In this document: positions 1 to 8,750 of the stretch, in pieces
Layout of the letters: each line of letters starts with the position of its first letter
Position numbering within the stretch: position 1 is the stretch's first letter
NCBI GenBank assembly: GCA_045594005.1
Contig: JAZNXT010000115.1
Coordinates: forward strand, 1 to 59,899
Direction of reading: 5' to 3'
DNA length: 59,899 nucleotides
Source of the DNA: Victivallales bacterium
GTDB lineage: Bacteria; Verrucomicrobiota; Lentisphaeria; Victivallales; UBA1829
Position numbers and translations under genes: made by a program
The notes under the pieces: model-generated
Seen by the model: only the letters and a program-made list of their open reading frames with translations
Told to the model about the DNA's origin: nothing
The model's database searches: none

Positions 1-109
1 CCCGTCGGACTTGTCGGACCCGTCGGACTTGTCGAACCCGTCGGACTTGTCGGACCCGTCGGACTTGTCGAACCCGTCGGACTTGTCGGACTTGTCGGAC
101 CCGTCGGAC
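1..109 (+). repeat. 9-bp tandem repeat array (GTCGGACYY), about 12 units, truncated by window edge
   Basis: Units GTCGGACTT/GTCGGACCC/GTCGAACCC read directly; 4-39 is identical to 40-75 (36-bp higher-order unit). Confidence 0.95.
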
Positions 110-110
110 A

Positions 111-162
111 AAACTGATACAGACCGATACGGATCGACACAGACCGATACGGACTGATACAG
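111..162 (+). repeat. 10-bp tandem repeat, 5 units (approx. RGACYGAYAC)
   Basis: aaactgatac agaccgatac ggatcgacac agaccgatac ggactgatac. Confidence 0.85.
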
Positions 163-200
163 GGGAGATAAAACTTTTGCAAAAACTCTCCGGATCCCGT

Positions 201-228
201 TTGATTTTTGACCTGAGTGCGATATAGT
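201..228 (+). promoter_or_regulatory. candidate sigma70-type promoter
   Basis: TTGATT-16nt-TATAGT, about 50 nt upstream of ATG 278. Confidence 0.5.
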
Positions 229-277
229 AACAGAAAACAATGCAGAAAACAGATCAACTCCAAGGAACCGGATCACT

Positions 278-1108
278 ATGAAAAGACTCGATTTTCACGT
301 CCATTGCGACAGTAATGACCCCGTAAAACTGGATATCCTCGCCAACGCCTGCCGTCAGCACAATACCATTGCCGCGCTTTCCGGCGGACTGCGCTATGGC
401 GGACACGATTTTCTCCCCAATGAAGAAGTCGTGGAGATTTGCAAACGTTATCCCGATTGTTTTCTGCCTTTGGCAAAACTGGATCTTTGGGAAACTGCAT
501 CGCCGGACGAAGTTTACAAATATGCCGAAATGGGTGTGCGCGGATTCAAATGCATCTATCCCTATTATGAATATGATCACGATATTTATATGCCCGTGTA
601 TGAAGCCGCGGAAAAATGCGGCTTGCCTCTCCTTTTCCATACAGGTAATTACCGTCCCAATCCAGCCGATATCATTTATAAAAGACCAATGCTGAAAAAT
701 ATGAATCCCGTCAATCTGGACCGTATCGCACGGTCATTCCAGAGTTTGAAGATCGTAATGGCTCACATGGGGACGCGGATCTATCACGATGAAGCAAGTC
801 AGTATATCAAGATGCACGATAATCTCTATGCCGATCTTGCCGGGAGCGGACAATGGATGCGGATCCAGCCGGAACAGCTTGCCCGGGATCTGAGTTTTGA
901 CATCGGGATCCTGGATGACCGCAGTATAAACAATTTCCGGAAACTCGTCCTCGGCTCCGATGCCTATGTGACACATCCTCATCTTATCGGCGAAGCGCAG
1001 AAGTATTACGATGCACTCCTTTCCCGCATCGGTATCAGAGAAGATATCGTGCGTGACATCATGGGTGCGACAGTTGCCTCCTGGATGAATATCACGCTGG
1101 ATGATTGA
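278..1108 (+). CDS. amidohydrolase_2 family metal-dependent hydrolase
   Basis: DFHVH at N-terminus, LLFHTG, VMAHMG, LGSD motifs; AAGGA RBS. Confidence 0.85.
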   Translation: MKRLDFHVHCDSNDPVKLDILANACRQHNTIAALSGGLRYGGHDFLPNEEVVEICKRYPDCFLPLAKLDLWETASPDEVYKYAEMGVRGFKCIYPYYEYDHDIYMPVYEAAEKCGLPLLFHTGNYRPNPADIIYKRPMLKNMNPVNLDRIARSFQSLKIVMAHMGTRIYHDEASQYIKMHDNLYADLAGSGQWMRIQPEQLARDLSFDIGILDDRSINNFRKLVLGSDAYVTHPHLIGEAQKYYDALLSRIGIREDIVRDIMGATVASWMNITLDD

Positions 1109-1125
1109 CGCTGCCGTTTGTATTT

Positions 1126-2238
1126 TTATAATGATTTATAGCGTTCATTCCACGCTTCAGCCAACCCGTTATTGACGCGTACACCGTCTTCGGGGTGTAT
1201 TGTGTAAGAATCAGCAGACAGAGTTTTTATTACGCTCTTTTTGTAGATCTGTTCCATCAGATCCACATGAGCGCGGGCAAGTTCAGGCGTGCAGATGCGT
1301 TGTGCGGGATCGTTCACGCGATTGATGATCGCATCAAACATAAAAGTGTGATCGGCTCTGCCTGCATAACCGGATCCCTCAAGAGCAGTACCATTGTTAT
1401 CATATACCTGCCAGGTGGTCGCTTCATCATAAATCACCGTGCCTTTTTCGCAGGTGATGACAAGTTCAGGCGAAAACACAGTATCACAGCAGTGTGTAAG
1501 CATGACCGTTGCCGGGGCGCCGTCGGCAGTAAGCTGCACGATCCCGGTATCAAAGTTTTCAATGTCACGGGAGCGGCTCAAATCAGCATGGATCAGTTTC
1601 GGTACTGCTGTTGTTTCCCGACCGGAGGAAGCCAGGTACAAAAGCATATTCACATAGTGTGCAAACGCATTGCAGAAGGGTGAATCCAGAATCAGAGAAT
1701 GTTTGCCGGATATCCTGCCAGCCCAATAATTGCGCTGATAATACGCATCGCCGCGCGGCCAACGCCCCATCAGTTTGATCTTTAAGATTTCACCCATAGT
1801 ACCGCTGCACAGCAGTTCTTTGATCTTTTGGCAGGCAGGTTCATAAAAATGCTGGAATCCGACTGCCACGAAGCGGTCGGTTCTGTTGCGGGCATCTATG
1901 ATATTATCCACCGACTGCAAGCAGCCGGAAAGAGGTTTTTCCACCAATACATTGCAATTATGTTCCAATGCCTGGATCGTCAGCGGTTCGTGACTTTCGA
2001 TACCGACCGGCAAGCCCACAAGATCGAACTGCACTCCAAGTTTGTAAAGGTCATCGGCACTCCCGACGATTTTTACACCGTGTGCCTGCAGCTTTTCGAT
2101 GCGGTCAGGGTACTTTTCAGGAAAAAATTCGGCAGCGGCGACCAATTCCACTTTGCCCGCTTCCGCCAGACGGCAGAAGTGATCCACATATTTGATGCCG
2201 AAGCCGCCGATTCCGGCGATTGCCACTTTGATGCTCAT
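1126..2238 (-). CDS. Gfo/Idh/MocA family oxidoreductase
   Basis: GIGGFG Rossmann motif, VLVEKP, AVGFQ. Confidence 0.9.
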   Translation of the reverse strand: MSIKVAIAGIGGFGIKYVDHFCRLAEAGKVELVAAAEFFPEKYPDRIEKLQAHGVKIVGSADDLYKLGVQFDLVGLPVGIESHEPLTIQALEHNCNVLVEKPLSGCLQSVDNIIDARNRTDRFVAVGFQHFYEPACQKIKELLCSGTMGEILKIKLMGRWPRGDAYYQRNYWAGRISGKHSLILDSPFCNAFAHYVNMLLYLASSGRETTAVPKLIHADLSRSRDIENFDTGIVQLTADGAPATVMLTHCCDTVFSPELVITCEKGTVIYDEATTWQVYDNNGTALEGSGYAGRADHTFMFDAIINRVNDPAQRICTPELARAHVDLMEQIYKKSVIKTLSADSYTIHPEDGVRVNNGLAEAWNERYKSL

Positions 2239-2249
2239 AAAAAAATCCC

Positions 2250-3236
2250 TTATATGGAAAATGCACGATTTTTATCTGCCGAAAGTTGCGCTGTCAGGAC
2301 TGCTTCTGTCACTTTGAAGGTCAACGCTGTTTCGTATGCCAAATTGCTGCTTTGAGTCTGCAAATCGCGCACCAACTGTCCGAAACACCCCAGTTCAGGA
2401 GATTCCAGTTCCGGAAAAATTGAGCCATCGGCAGTGATCAGTTCCACTTTGCCCTGCGCGATTTCGATCACGCCGTTTTCGCCGACGGCGCGTAAGCGGT
2501 CATCGCCGTGCGTACTTGCTCCGGCAGGGCGCATATAATCAATATCTGCCGACGCGATCGCTCCGGAATCAAGCGTAAAAACACAATGTGCTGCAGTTTC
2601 CAATGTACCGCGGCTCTTTTCTCCGTAATGCTGAAGCGCGTACACCCTGACAAAATTTCCAGCCTTGCAGCAGGCGATCCAATCAACAGCATGGATCCCC
2701 ACCCATGGGATCGTGCCGCCGTATGTGGAGCGATGGAAAAAATATTCAGGGCGTTCACCGATCTTGTAGGATTTACGCGCATAAATAAGTTTTATCGCGC
2801 CCAGTATACCGGAATCAATTATCCTGAATGCCGTATAAAATGGAGCTTCAAAACGGATGCCCATCATGCCGTAAAGGATTCCGTTGTGTTTTGCAGCAAC
2901 AGATTTGAGTTCAGAAAGTTCTTCCAGTGTGATCGCACATGGTTTTTCGGTAAAAACTGCGATATCGCGTTCAAGGCAATATTTACACATAGCTGCCCGT
3001 TCCTCAAAAGGACCGCCGATAACAGCGATGTCAACTTTGACCAGATCCAGCATCGTCCGGTAATCCGGGAAAAGTTCCGGAGTAGGCTTTTTGAGTTTCT
3101 GCAATGCCGACAGAGTCCATACCGGCTGCATCCCGCCGGCGGCACACGCAGCAACAATGTTACATTCCGGCAGTTTGTGCAGATCCTCAAAAAGATAATT
3201 CAAATGTCCCGTGTTTCCGATAATGGCTATATTCAT
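2250..3236 (-). CDS. Gfo/Idh/MocA family oxidoreductase
   Basis: MNIAIIG start (trimmed from 3263), VFTEKP, GIHAVD. Confidence 0.85.
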   Translation of the reverse strand: MNIAIIGNTGHLNYLFEDLHKLPECNIVAACAAGGMQPVWTLSALQKLKKPTPELFPDYRTMLDLVKVDIAVIGGPFEERAAMCKYCLERDIAVFTEKPCAITLEELSELKSVAAKHNGILYGMMGIRFEAPFYTAFRIIDSGILGAIKLIYARKSYKIGERPEYFFHRSTYGGTIPWVGIHAVDWIACCKAGNFVRVYALQHYGEKSRGTLETAAHCVFTLDSGAIASADIDYMRPAGASTHGDDRLRAVGENGVIEIAQGKVELITADGSIFPELESPELGCFGQLVRDLQTQSSNLAYETALTFKVTEAVLTAQLSADKNRAFSI

Positions 3237-3327
3237 AATGTTAAAATTCCCTCTGCCGGACAATGATCGCCATTGTTCTGTAAAACAATATTTTCGAGAT
3301 TTTTGTTTTCGGATCCGGCGTATTTTT

Positions 3328-4854
3328 TTATGCCTGATTTAACAGAAAATCGTTCAGGATTCCGGTGATTTTTGCGGTATCCAGGAGCAGGGATTCTTCG
3401 CCGAGTTCCAGTTTTTCCCGCAGCGCGATCCCGCCCGGTGAGTCGGGGTAGGCATCTGCGATCTTCCGCATCCGTTTGTAACAGGCTGTCACTTCCGGCA
3501 GTTTGCTCCGCAATTCTTTCACATGATCGATCACGATATATTTCTGTTCCGGTTTGACGAACGGATAGACTTTCATCCCGTCCAGTGCGCAGCGGACCAG
3601 TTTGAGCAGGGGGATCATATCTTTGCAGACCATACTGAAATGACCGGTGATGCTGATGTCCTGATCGTCCGGGAAGATCCGTGCCGGATCGATATGTTTT
3701 GCCTGCCAGTCATCATTCCGGTAACGGTCCCGGACTTCTTTTTTCCGGAAGTCCGGCACTTCCATAGGGGTTCCTTCATAGACGGCACTGCGGAGAGCCT
3801 GAATCCCAGCCAGAGTCACATCTGCCGCCGCATAAATGTCCCACGGAGCTTTTTCGCCGGTGAGGATCTGACGCGCAAAATAGTACAATTCCCAGAAATC
3901 GCCGCCTCCGTGTCCGGCTTCGTCTGCTTCCTTACCCATTCCCTCCCATTGAGGAGCCATTTCCAAACTCAACGCGGAGCCGTTTGCCCCTAATTTCAGA
4001 GTCATGACGCCATCATGGATGAAGGCGGAGGCTTTTGTTCCGAAGAACCGTCTCATCCGGCTGTCGGCAGTGGTTCCGCCCATCAGGTTCCGCACGATCG
4101 AACCATTGCTCATCCGGATCAGAGAGGGGCAGAACGCCCCCAGATTCGGCATGATCCCATCCACTTTTCTGCCTTTTCCGTGGACGCAGCCGATATTCAG
4201 CACATCTTCCGGGAATGCAGTCACTTTTTCGGGACGCAGACCGGTCGCGATCATCACCGGACCGAGGGAGTGGGTGCAGTAGTAGTGATAATTCAGGAAT
4301 CCCCGCCAGTGATGCAGCTGGTTTCCCGGCTGAACAGGACTGCCGTCCGGATAGAACGCGCAGGGATTGCTTCCGCCGTGAACGTAGTCATATTCAGCAT
4401 AAGTCAATTCTCCGAACAGACCTTCCTTGTAGAGTTTGGTCACATACATATTTTCTTTGGAGAAGGGATAATTTTCTGCGAGATTATAGACCAGCCCAGA
4501 TTCCTCCACAGCTTCCACCAATGCGACGCCCTGTGCGGGAGTGAAGAATGCAGTCACTTCGCTCAAAACATGTTTTCCTGCTTTCAGGGCTTTGATGGTA
4601 TCCCGTGCATGATTCGGGCAGTATGTGGAAATGAGGACAGCATCGAAATCCATTGCCAGAAATTCGTCTTCATCTTTTGTGAGGGCGGCATCGGGGCAGA
4701 TCTCATGGAACGCTTTGTGGCGATCCTCATGGAAATCGCATCCGGCAACGACGTCGATATTCAATGCCCGTGCCGAGTTGAGGAATGCCATACCGCGTCC
4801 CAAACCCCAAACACCCAACTTCAAGTGTTTTCCGCCGAAAAATTCCGTACTCAT
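3328..4854 (-). CDS. Gfo/Idh/MocA family oxidoreductase with C-terminal helical extension
   Basis: GVWGLGRG, HVLSEV, YCTHSLGP, GHGGGDF; about 120 aa extra C-terminus. Confidence 0.85.
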   Translation of the reverse strand: MSTEFFGGKHLKLGVWGLGRGMAFLNSARALNIDVVAGCDFHEDRHKAFHEICPDAALTKDEDEFLAMDFDAVLISTYCPNHARDTIKALKAGKHVLSEVTAFFTPAQGVALVEAVEESGLVYNLAENYPFSKENMYVTKLYKEGLFGELTYAEYDYVHGGSNPCAFYPDGSPVQPGNQLHHWRGFLNYHYYCTHSLGPVMIATGLRPEKVTAFPEDVLNIGCVHGKGRKVDGIMPNLGAFCPSLIRMSNGSIVRNLMGGTTADSRMRRFFGTKASAFIHDGVMTLKLGANGSALSLEMAPQWEGMGKEADEAGHGGGDFWELYYFARQILTGEKAPWDIYAAADVTLAGIQALRSAVYEGTPMEVPDFRKKEVRDRYRNDDWQAKHIDPARIFPDDQDISITGHFSMVCKDMIPLLKLVRCALDGMKVYPFVKPEQKYIVIDHVKELRSKLPEVTACYKRMRKIADAYPDSPGGIALREKLELGEESLLLDTAKITGILNDFLLNQA

Positions 4855-4907
4855 TTTTTCTGTTCTCCGTTTCTTCTGTTTGCAGCAGATCGTTTTTTTC
4901 TGATATC

Positions 4908-4936
4908 AATATAATTTCAAAATTACGGAATTGCAA
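4908..4936 (-). promoter_or_regulatory. candidate promoter of oxidoreductase operon
   Basis: TTGCAA-17nt-TATATT on minus strand. Confidence 0.45.
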
Positions 4937-5128
4937 AATAAAAATGTGTGTTATATTTACAATATTGCTATAAAAATTCAGTTTTTGCGGAATTACCGGT
5001 ATGGAACTTTCCATTGAAGCAGTCGGAAAATATACACAGGCACAACGCGGCACGATGAATCAGTCGTACTGCGGGATCTGTCTGAATATTTCCGGTCTGA
5101 TCCACTCTACGGTTTATACCGGGGATGA

Positions 5129-5767
5129 TCAATATTTTGCGCTTGTGGTGATTCCGGTTTCCACATAGCCTTCAAAATACGGGTAGCGCGTTTTGTCCTG
5201 TTCCGTGATCTCCCGCATAACGCGGCAGGGAACACCCACGGCAACGACATTGGCGGGAATGGAACGCGTAACGACGCTGCCTGCGCCGATCACTGAATTG
5301 TCCCCGATCGTCACGCCCGCAAGGATCGTTGAACCCGCACCGATCCAGACATTGTTTCCCACGCAGATGGGCTTTGCGATCTCCAGCCCCTTTTTCCGTT
5401 GTTCCGGATCAATGGGGTGTTCCGCCGTGGTGAAACAGCAATTCGGGGCGATGAATACATGATCCCCGAAGCGGACTTCTGCGCCGTCCGTGATGATCAG
5501 ATTGTGGTTGGCATAGAAAAAATCCCCCACATGGATATTATAGCCGTAATCACACCAGAACGGCGGAGTGATGGTCGTTTCTTTCCCCATGGAACCCAAC
5601 AGTTTCTGCAGGATCCGGTTCTGTGCTTCAAAATCGTTCGGATGCAATTTATTGTATTGAAAACACAGATCTTTTCCTTCGCGGATCTTTTTTTCATATT
5701 CCGGATTGTAACAGCCTTGAAACAGGCAGTTGACCGGGACAACAGGATTTTTTTCAGATACGGGCAT
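5129..5767 (-). CDS. sugar (maltose/galactoside) O-acetyltransferase, hexapeptide repeat
   Basis: PFWCDYGYNI, GNNVWIG, GVTIGDNSVIGAGSVV, GVPCRV; start trimmed to ATG 5767 after GGGAGG. Confidence 0.9.
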   Translation of the reverse strand: MPVSEKNPVVPVNCLFQGCYNPEYEKKIREGKDLCFQYNKLHPNDFEAQNRILQKLLGSMGKETTITPPFWCDYGYNIHVGDFFYANHNLIITDGAEVRFGDHVFIAPNCCFTTAEHPIDPEQRKKGLEIAKPICVGNNVWIGAGSTILAGVTIGDNSVIGAGSVVTRSIPANVVAVGVPCRVMREITEQDKTRYPYFEGYVETGITTSAKY

Positions 5768-5788
5768 AGTCTTTTCCCTCCCCAATTA

Positions 5789-6853
5789 TCACTTCTTGAT
5801 GGCGACGGAGAGGCAGAACGTGCGGAGTGCCAGTGTATCGCTCACATTGGTGCGGAGTGTATCACACAATTTTTCCGCAAGGGTGAGCATCCGCAGGGCG
5901 TCCCGTTCTTTGATCTTTTCCCGTTCCGGTGACTGAAAATAAAATTCCATGATTTCCGGATTCGGCAGGATCTCTTTTCCCATTCCACCGGCAAGCAGGG
6001 CGAGCTGTGCAAAAAAGGTATGCACGATGCTGATAAACTGTTCCCGGAGCCGGCGGTATTCGCAGCCGGCTTCTCCGTCACGGCGTTTTTCAAGCTGTTT
6101 CAGCCCGGCAGACTCCAACTGCTGTGCCGCTTCCAGACGGGGTTTCCATTTTTCTTCCGCTGCGGCTTTTGCTTTGTCGTTGAGCGTTCCTGCGATCTCC
6201 AGCAGAGCCACGGTGCAATCCTCCGCCGCCACAAGATCGTTGGCGGCATTGCAGACCAGTTTTGTGAGGATCTCGCGGATGCGGGGGAAGGGGGTCAGAT
6301 CGTATTCACAATGATTGTCGGTAAGGGTAAGGATCTGACACCGGGACCGGATCGTGGGCAGCAATGCACCCGGTCTGCCGCTGGTCAGGACAAAGAGGCA
6401 TTTTTCCGGCGGCTCCTCCAGTGTTTTGAGAAAGGCGTTCTGAGCGTTTTCGTTCATGGAATCGCAATCCTGGATAAAACCGATCTTCCAGCCGGAAACC
6501 GTGCTGCTGCTCAAATAAAAATTGTGCTGAAAATTGCGGAGCGTATCCGGGTCATCGTCGGAATCCCCAATGAGGATCTGCCGTGATTTCGAGGTGGGGG
6601 AAAGGAGATAAAGGTCCGGATAGATCCCTGCTTCCAGAAGTTTGCAGGAATTGCATTTTCCGCAGGGCGAACCATCTTTCTGCGGCTCCATACAGGCGGA
6701 AAGTTGAGCAAGAAAATTCGGAAATTCCATCCGGGTATCGGGATTGGAGGAGACCACCAGAAAGGAGTGTGCCAGCCTTCCGGACAGCCGTGCGGCTTTC
6801 AGGGAATCCATCAGGAAGGGGAACTCTTTTTCAAATTTATGCCAATCTGCCAC
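5789..6853 (-). CDS. holB: DNA polymerase III subunit delta'
   Basis: PCGKCNSC zinc motif, YPDL, NAFLKTLEEPP, LPTIRSRC; follows tmk; GTG 6853 with GGAGG RBS. Confidence 0.9.
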   Translation of the reverse strand: MADWHKFEKEFPFLMDSLKAARLSGRLAHSFLVVSSNPDTRMEFPNFLAQLSACMEPQKDGSPCGKCNSCKLLEAGIYPDLYLLSPTSKSRQILIGDSDDDPDTLRNFQHNFYLSSSTVSGWKIGFIQDCDSMNENAQNAFLKTLEEPPEKCLFVLTSGRPGALLPTIRSRCQILTLTDNHCEYDLTPFPRIREILTKLVCNAANDLVAAEDCTVALLEIAGTLNDKAKAAAEEKWKPRLEAAQQLESAGLKQLEKRRDGEAGCEYRRLREQFISIVHTFFAQLALLAGGMGKEILPNPEIMEFYFQSPEREKIKERDALRMLTLAEKLCDTLRTNVSDTLALRTFCLSVAIKK

Positions 6854-7484
6854 GGACGACCTCCATGATCTTTTTGTGGACCGTATCCACATCTCCGGTG
6901 GCATCGACGATGGCGAACCGGTCTTTTTCTTCTGCGGCAAGAGCTAAAAATCCCAGCCGGATGGCAGTATGGAAAGATTCATTTTCTGAGTCGAAACGAT
7001 CGGCTTCCACGGCATTGCCGTCCCGGGTATGGGTGCGGCTGAAACTCACATCGGTGGGAATATCCAGCAGGATGGTGAGATCGGGTTTGACATCACCGCA
7101 GGCGATGGTGTTGATCTCATCAATCAATGCCCGCCCCAGTTTCCGTGCGATCCCCTGATAGACGATCGTGGAATCAAAGAAGCGGTCGGTAATAAGGATC
7201 GCTCCCCGTTCCATTGCGGGTGTGATCAGGGTACGGACCATTTGTGAATGACACGCGCCGAACAGCAGCAATTCCGTTTCCGGCGCAATATCTTCACCGG
7301 CGATCCGTTCTTTCAATACGGCGCGGATCCGTTCTGCGGCAGGAGTCCCGCCGGGTGAACGCGTGGCAATGATCTCCCGTTCCGGCTCCATTTTCTGCAA
7401 AGCCTGTGCCAGCAGCTGCAGCTGGGTTGACTTGCCGCAGCCTTCGCCGCCTTCCAAACTGATAAAAAATCCTTGTTTTTTCAT
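6837..7484 (-). CDS. tmk: thymidylate kinase
   Basis: EGGEGCGKSTQ P-loop, TRSPGG, DRFFDSTIVYQG, PDLTILLD. Confidence 0.95.
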   Translation of the reverse strand: MKKQGFFISLEGGEGCGKSTQLQLLAQALQKMEPEREIIATRSPGGTPAAERIRAVLKERIAGEDIAPETELLLFGACHSQMVRTLITPAMERGAILITDRFFDSTIVYQGIARKLGRALIDEINTIACGDVKPDLTILLDIPTDVSFSRTHTRDGNAVEADRFDSENESFHTAIRLGFLALAAEEKDRFAIVDATGDVDTVHKKIMEVVRGRLA

Positions 7485-7561
7485 AGTTTTTTCCCGAAAA
7501 AATGCGCTGTTCATTTGCGAAACGGCACATTTGAATGTATTTTAAAAGAGAACACAACAAT

Positions 7562-7589
7562 AACATAACACCAAAACGGCAAAGTTCAA
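7562..7589 (-). promoter_or_regulatory. candidate promoter of tmk-holB-acetyltransferase
   Basis: TTGAAC-16nt-TATGTT on minus strand. Confidence 0.4.
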
Positions 7590-7608
7590 AGCCTCTGGAG
7601 AAGAAAAA

Positions 7609-8727
7609 ATGTCAAAACTCGGTCGCAGTTCCTATCTCACCGCCAATACCGGCAATTTTGAAGACAAGATCGTTCTCAACGGACGGGAGTTCGTGAAAGT
7701 CAACGATCTGCGCTACGGCACCAATCCCCATCAGCCTGCCGCGTTCTACCGCCCTGTGGAAGATCAGGGAGCGATCATGGATATGGAAACTTTGAAAAAC
7801 GGCAAAAGCGGTCTTTCCCAAACCAACCTGGAAGATATTTCCGGTGCATTGAATATCGTCAAATTCTTTGACCGCCCCGCCTGCGCGGTGATGAAACATG
7901 TCAACCCCAGCGGTGCGGCTGTGGCTCTGCCCGGTGAATCTGTGAAACAGGTCTATATCAAAGCGCGTGATTGCGATGCCCGTGCGGCGTTCGGCAGCGT
8001 GATCGCATTCAATGTGGAAGTGGATAAGGAAACTGCCGAAGAGATCATGTCCACCTTCTGCGAATGTGTGGTGGCTCCCGCTTATACCGATGAAGCCCTT
8101 GCCGTGTTCAACGACGGCGAAACATATAAACTCAACAAACAGATCCGTATCCTCCGTTGCGGGGATATTGCCGCAATGCCTAAATTTGTGGGTGACAACG
8201 AAGGCGGCAAGTTCAACACCATGAAAGTCCTTGCCGATGGATCTGTGGTCATTGCCGAACCGCTGCTGACCAATGTCCGCGATGTGGAAGACATCCCTGC
8301 GGCAGCCGGGGAAAACAAAGCCTGCGGCGCACAGGAATCCACAGTGGAACCCACCGAACAGCAGTTGATCGATCTGCTGACGGCATGGTATATCAATATT
8401 TCCGTCCGCTCCAACGGTGTGGTGATCGTGAAGAACGGTCAGACTCTCTGCGTGGGAACGGGGGAACAGGACCGAGTGGGTGCAGTGGAACAGGCGATCG
8501 AAAAATTTGCACAGAAATACAGCGGCGACGGCACGCTGGATGGTGCGGTGATGTCCAGTGACGGTTTCTTCCCCTTCTATGATGCAGTGGAAGTGGCAGC
8601 CAAAGCCGGGATCAAAGCCATGGTCGCGCCCTCCGGATCCCTCAAGGATGCGGATGTGATCAAACGCGCCAATGAATTGGGTGTGGCTCTCCGTCATGCT
8701 CCGGAACGCGTGTTCTCCCATCATTGA
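7609..8727 (+). CDS. purH: AICAR transformylase domain protein (PurH C-terminal part only)
   Basis: LRYGTNPHQ, MKHVNPSG, AFGS, SNGVV, SDGFFPF, RVFSH; no N-terminal IMP cyclohydrolase (MGS-like) domain. Confidence 0.8.
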   Translation: MSKLGRSSYLTANTGNFEDKIVLNGREFVKVNDLRYGTNPHQPAAFYRPVEDQGAIMDMETLKNGKSGLSQTNLEDISGALNIVKFFDRPACAVMKHVNPSGAAVALPGESVKQVYIKARDCDARAAFGSVIAFNVEVDKETAEEIMSTFCECVVAPAYTDEALAVFNDGETYKLNKQIRILRCGDIAAMPKFVGDNEGGKFNTMKVLADGSVVIAEPLLTNVRDVEDIPAAAGENKACGAQESTVEPTEQQLIDLLTAWYINISVRSNGVVIVKNGQTLCVGTGEQDRVGAVEQAIEKFAQKYSGDGTLDGAVMSSDGFFPFYDAVEVAAKAGIKAMVAPSGSLKDADVIKRANELGVALRHAPERVFSHH

Positions 8728-8750
8728 TCCCCGGACAGGATCGTATTGTC

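Noticed and set aside
1-109. CRISPR or TIGR-like guide array (36-bp periodicity)
   Set aside because: No unique spacers, since the units are contiguous near-identical 9-mers; no cas or tas-like gene in the window
7612-8724. 370-aa antisense ORF exactly mirroring purH
   Set aside because: Shadow frame from codon bias (few TTA/CTA/TCA on the sense strand); no motifs or RBS
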